The notes beneath the pieces are model-generated. The model worked only from the letters and a program-made list of their open reading frames with translations, had not been told where the DNA came from and did no database searches. Below, in pieces: positions 1 through 57,402 of a stretch of 57,402 bases of DNA. The stretch spans positions 1 to 57,402 of the forward strand of contig JAQGDQ010001176.1 in NCBI GenBank assembly GCA_030141605.1, given 5' to 3'. This DNA comes from Tubiluchus corallicola. Taxonomy: Eukaryota > Animalia > Priapulida. Numbering within the stretch: position 1 is the stretch's first letter; every line of letters begins with the position of its first letter. The position numbers and the translations under genes were made by a program.

Positions 1-39
1 GCAATACGTAAAGTATACTTCGTTCAGTTACGTATTGCT
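1..39 (+). other. Untrimmed Oxford Nanopore ligation-adapter sequence (technical artefact)
   Basis: 16-39 TACTTCGTTCAGTTACGTATTGCT matches the 3' end of the ONT adapter AATGTACTTCGTTCAGTTACGTATTGCT; 1-11 GCAATACGTAA matches the start of the adapter's complementary strand. Confidence 0.9.
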
Positions 40-42
40 CAA

Positions 43-945
43 AAGGGTTTGACTCACATTCATCAATATCTAAAAACATACAAAAATTTCGTACATTTAA
101 CATTACTGATGTTTGTTTTCTAGGGCAGAATTACAATAACAATGATGTGGCACACTTTATTTTCATCACATTTGACTACATTATTTCAAACATAACTATA
201 TATGCATTATAACTAGCTCTATTTTGACAAGGATTGTGTGAGTACATATTTGAACAGATAGTTAGTATAGGGTGATGCTAAAGAGTATGTAGTCAGAGAA
301 ACACTGTCAACAGAGCTTAATACCACTGAATGCTTTATTGTAACATAATCAGTACATAAATGTTCCACATATCCCATAAAGTGAATTAACTTGACTGTTC
401 AGAGCACAGGTGAGTAAAACAGACAGGTGACTAGCAGGTAACAAACTGAAAAACTGGCCAAAAGCAAAAGCTTTACATTCCTGCCACAGATGGCGCCTCG
501 TGCACGAATTTGTAAACAAGATTAACAAAAAAAGCTAAGTCTGCTACAGAATCTTTGATAATACAAGTATTATAAGAATCACACTGATACTGAACGAAAT
601 GTGAGAGTTGTGGCCATTTTGGTTTTTCAACATGTCGGGCTGCAAAATTTTGAGAAATTAATAGTGACTTCTCACCTTCATTGCAGTTAATTCCTTGGTA
701 GCCCGGATCACAACTACAATTGTACTTGTTTTGTAGATCGTTGCACAAACCATGACGACAAGGGTTTGACGAGCATTCATTAGTATCTAAAAATAACAAC
801 ACATGTGTCAGTTGGCGTCATGCCAAAAAACTACTGCTGAGATTTAATGACTAAAATTATTTAAATACCTGTAGGAATTTGAAAAATATTGAAAATATTC
901 ATGCGCTTTATGAACTTAAATTAGCGACATGTGTTGATCTATTTG
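43..945 (-). repeat. Left arm of ~900 bp inverted duplication (reverse complement of 2066-2968)
   Basis: Colinear reverse complement with no net indel (coordinates sum to 3011 at both ends and at the exon); substitutions cluster at about 270-525. Confidence 0.92.
676..786 (-). pseudogene. Inverted copy of type-B EGF exon 2225-2335 (antisense to the gene)
   Basis: Same peptide [37 protein letters not shown] with AG/GT on the minus strand; lies inside the inverted arm. Confidence 0.8.
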
Positions 946-1168
946 GGTGGTGTCAATATTCACTGTTGCTTGTCCGTCACCATTTGCTGCTTCCACTTGA
1001 ACCTTGCTATTATTTTTGTATTTTCAGCTTTAGTGATTTTGGGCTGAGATGGGCCATTTATATCACATATATATATATATATACATATATATAATGGTAC
1101 TAAATGTTGACAGTTGTTAAGGCTGATATTTTGACAATAACAACTGATTGCTTGTTTTGAATTTTTAG

Positions 1169-55765
<54,597 letters not shown>

Positions 55766-55779
<14 letters not shown>

Positions 55780-57337
55780 GTATGGCATGTGCATTATGTG
55801 TGCTTAAATGTTGACAAATTATTGATCATGTGCTGATTATTAAATGTAGACAAGGTATGGCATGTGCATTATGTGTGCTTAAATGCTGACAAATTATTGA
55901 TCATGTGCTGATTACTAAATGTAGACAAGGTATGGCATGTGCATTATGTGTGCTTAAATGTTGACAAATTATTGATCATGTGCTGATTACTAAATGTAGA
56001 CAAGGTATGGCATGTGCATTATGTGTGCTTAAATGTTGACAAATTATTGATCATGTGCTGATTACTAAATGTAGACAAGGTATGGCATGTGCATTATGTG
56101 TGCTTAAATGCTGACAAATTATTGATCATGTGCTGATTACTAAATGTAGACAAGGTATGGCATGTGCATTATGTGTGCTTAAATGCTGACAAATTATTGA
56201 TCATGTGCTGATTACTAAATGTAGACAAGGTATGGCATGTGCATTATGTGTGCTTAAATGTTGACAAATTATTGATCATGTGCTGATTACTAAATGTAAA
56301 CAAGGTATGGCGTGTGCATAATGTGTGCTTAAATGTTGACAAATTATTGATCATGTGCTGATTACTAAATGTAAACAAGGTATGGTGTGTGCATTATGTG
56401 TGCTTAAATGTTGACAAATTATTGATCATGTGCTGATTACTAAATGTAAACAAGGTATGGTGTGTGCATTATGTGTGCTTAAATGTTGACAAATTATTGA
56501 TCATGTGCTGATTACTAAATGTAAACAAGGTATGGTGTGTGCATTATGTGTGCTTAAATGTTGACAAATTATTGATCATGTGCTGATTACTAAATGTAGA
56601 CAAGGTATGGCGTGTGCATTATGTGTGCTTAAATGTTGACAAATTATTGATCATGTGCTGATTACTAAATGTAAACAAGGTATGGCATGTGCATTATGTG
56701 TGCTTAAATGTTGACAAATTATTGATCATGTGCTGATTACTAAATGTAAACAAGGTATGGTGTGTGCATTATGTGTGCTTAAATGTTGACAAATTATTGA
56801 TCGTGTGCTGATTACTAAATGTAAACAAGGTATGGCATGTGCATTATGTGTGCTTAAATGTTGACAAATTATTGATCATGTGCTGATTACTAAATGTAAA
56901 TATGGTATGGTGTGTGCATTATGTGTGCTTAAATGCTGACAAATTATTGATCATGTGCTGATTACTAAATGTAAACAAGGTATGGTGTGTGCATTATGTG
57001 TGCTTAAATGTTGACAAATTATTGATCGTGTGCTGATTACTAAATGTAAACAAGGTATGGCATGTGCATTATGTGTGCTTAAATGTTGACAAATTATTGA
57101 TCATGTGCTGATTACTAAATGTAAATATGGTATGGTGTGTGCATTATGTGTGCTTAAATGCTGACAAATTATTGATCATGTGCTGATTACTAAATGTAAA
57201 CAAGGTATGGCGTGTGCATAATGTGTGCTTAAATGTTAGCAAATTATTGACCATGTACTGATTACTAAATGTAAATATGGTATGGCGTGTGCATTATGTG
57301 TGCTTAAATGTTAGCAAATTATTGATCATGTACTGAA
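55766..57337. repeat. 75-bp minisatellite, ~21 copies, each spanning the exon-E 3' end and splice donor
   Basis: Unit TAAATGTAGACAAG|GTATGGCATGTGCATTATGTGTGCTTAAATGTTGACAAATTATTGATCATGTGCTGATTAC. Confidence 0.96.
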
Positions 57338-57402
57338 TATGAGGACATTATGCAATTATGTTCAAAAGATGAGCTAAAAATTCATTAGTTAATCTACTAT
57401 GA

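Noticed and set aside
473-802. Separate minus-strand EGF gene
   Set aside because: It is the inverted copy of exon B plus intron read-through, next to an adapter-contaminated end.

Overview
AT-rich eukaryotic (animal, probably invertebrate) genomic DNA, not prokaryotic. Almost the whole window is the internal part of one + strand gene built from 64 intact single-domain EGF-like exons (mostly calcium-binding type; fibropellin/Notch-ectodomain-like). Together they give about 7251 nt, or about 2417 aa. No start, signal peptide, transmembrane or stop exon is visible. Every exon is flanked by AG/GT, is phase 1-1, and is 111, 114 or 117 nt long. The exons fall into 9 sequence classes, labelled here A-D (111 nt), E, F, G, I (114 nt) and H (117 nt, usually with an extra Cys). 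They form a nested higher-order repeat: ABCD(EFGH)3 I / ABCD(EFGH)2 I / ABCD EFGH I / ABCD EFGH I / ABCD EF EFGH I / AB G D E. The introns carry fossil or truncated EGF exons, many intron-specific minisatellites (24-167 bp units), a solo LTR with TSD, an internally deleted RTE element with TSD, a tRNA-headed SINE and two long inverted repeats. Bases 1-39 are Oxford Nanopore adapter sequence, so the first ~3 kb, including its inverted duplication, may be affected by an assembly artefact. The long ORFs in the supplied track come from tandem repeats and are not genes. Coordinates were read by eye; repeat boundaries are approximate.
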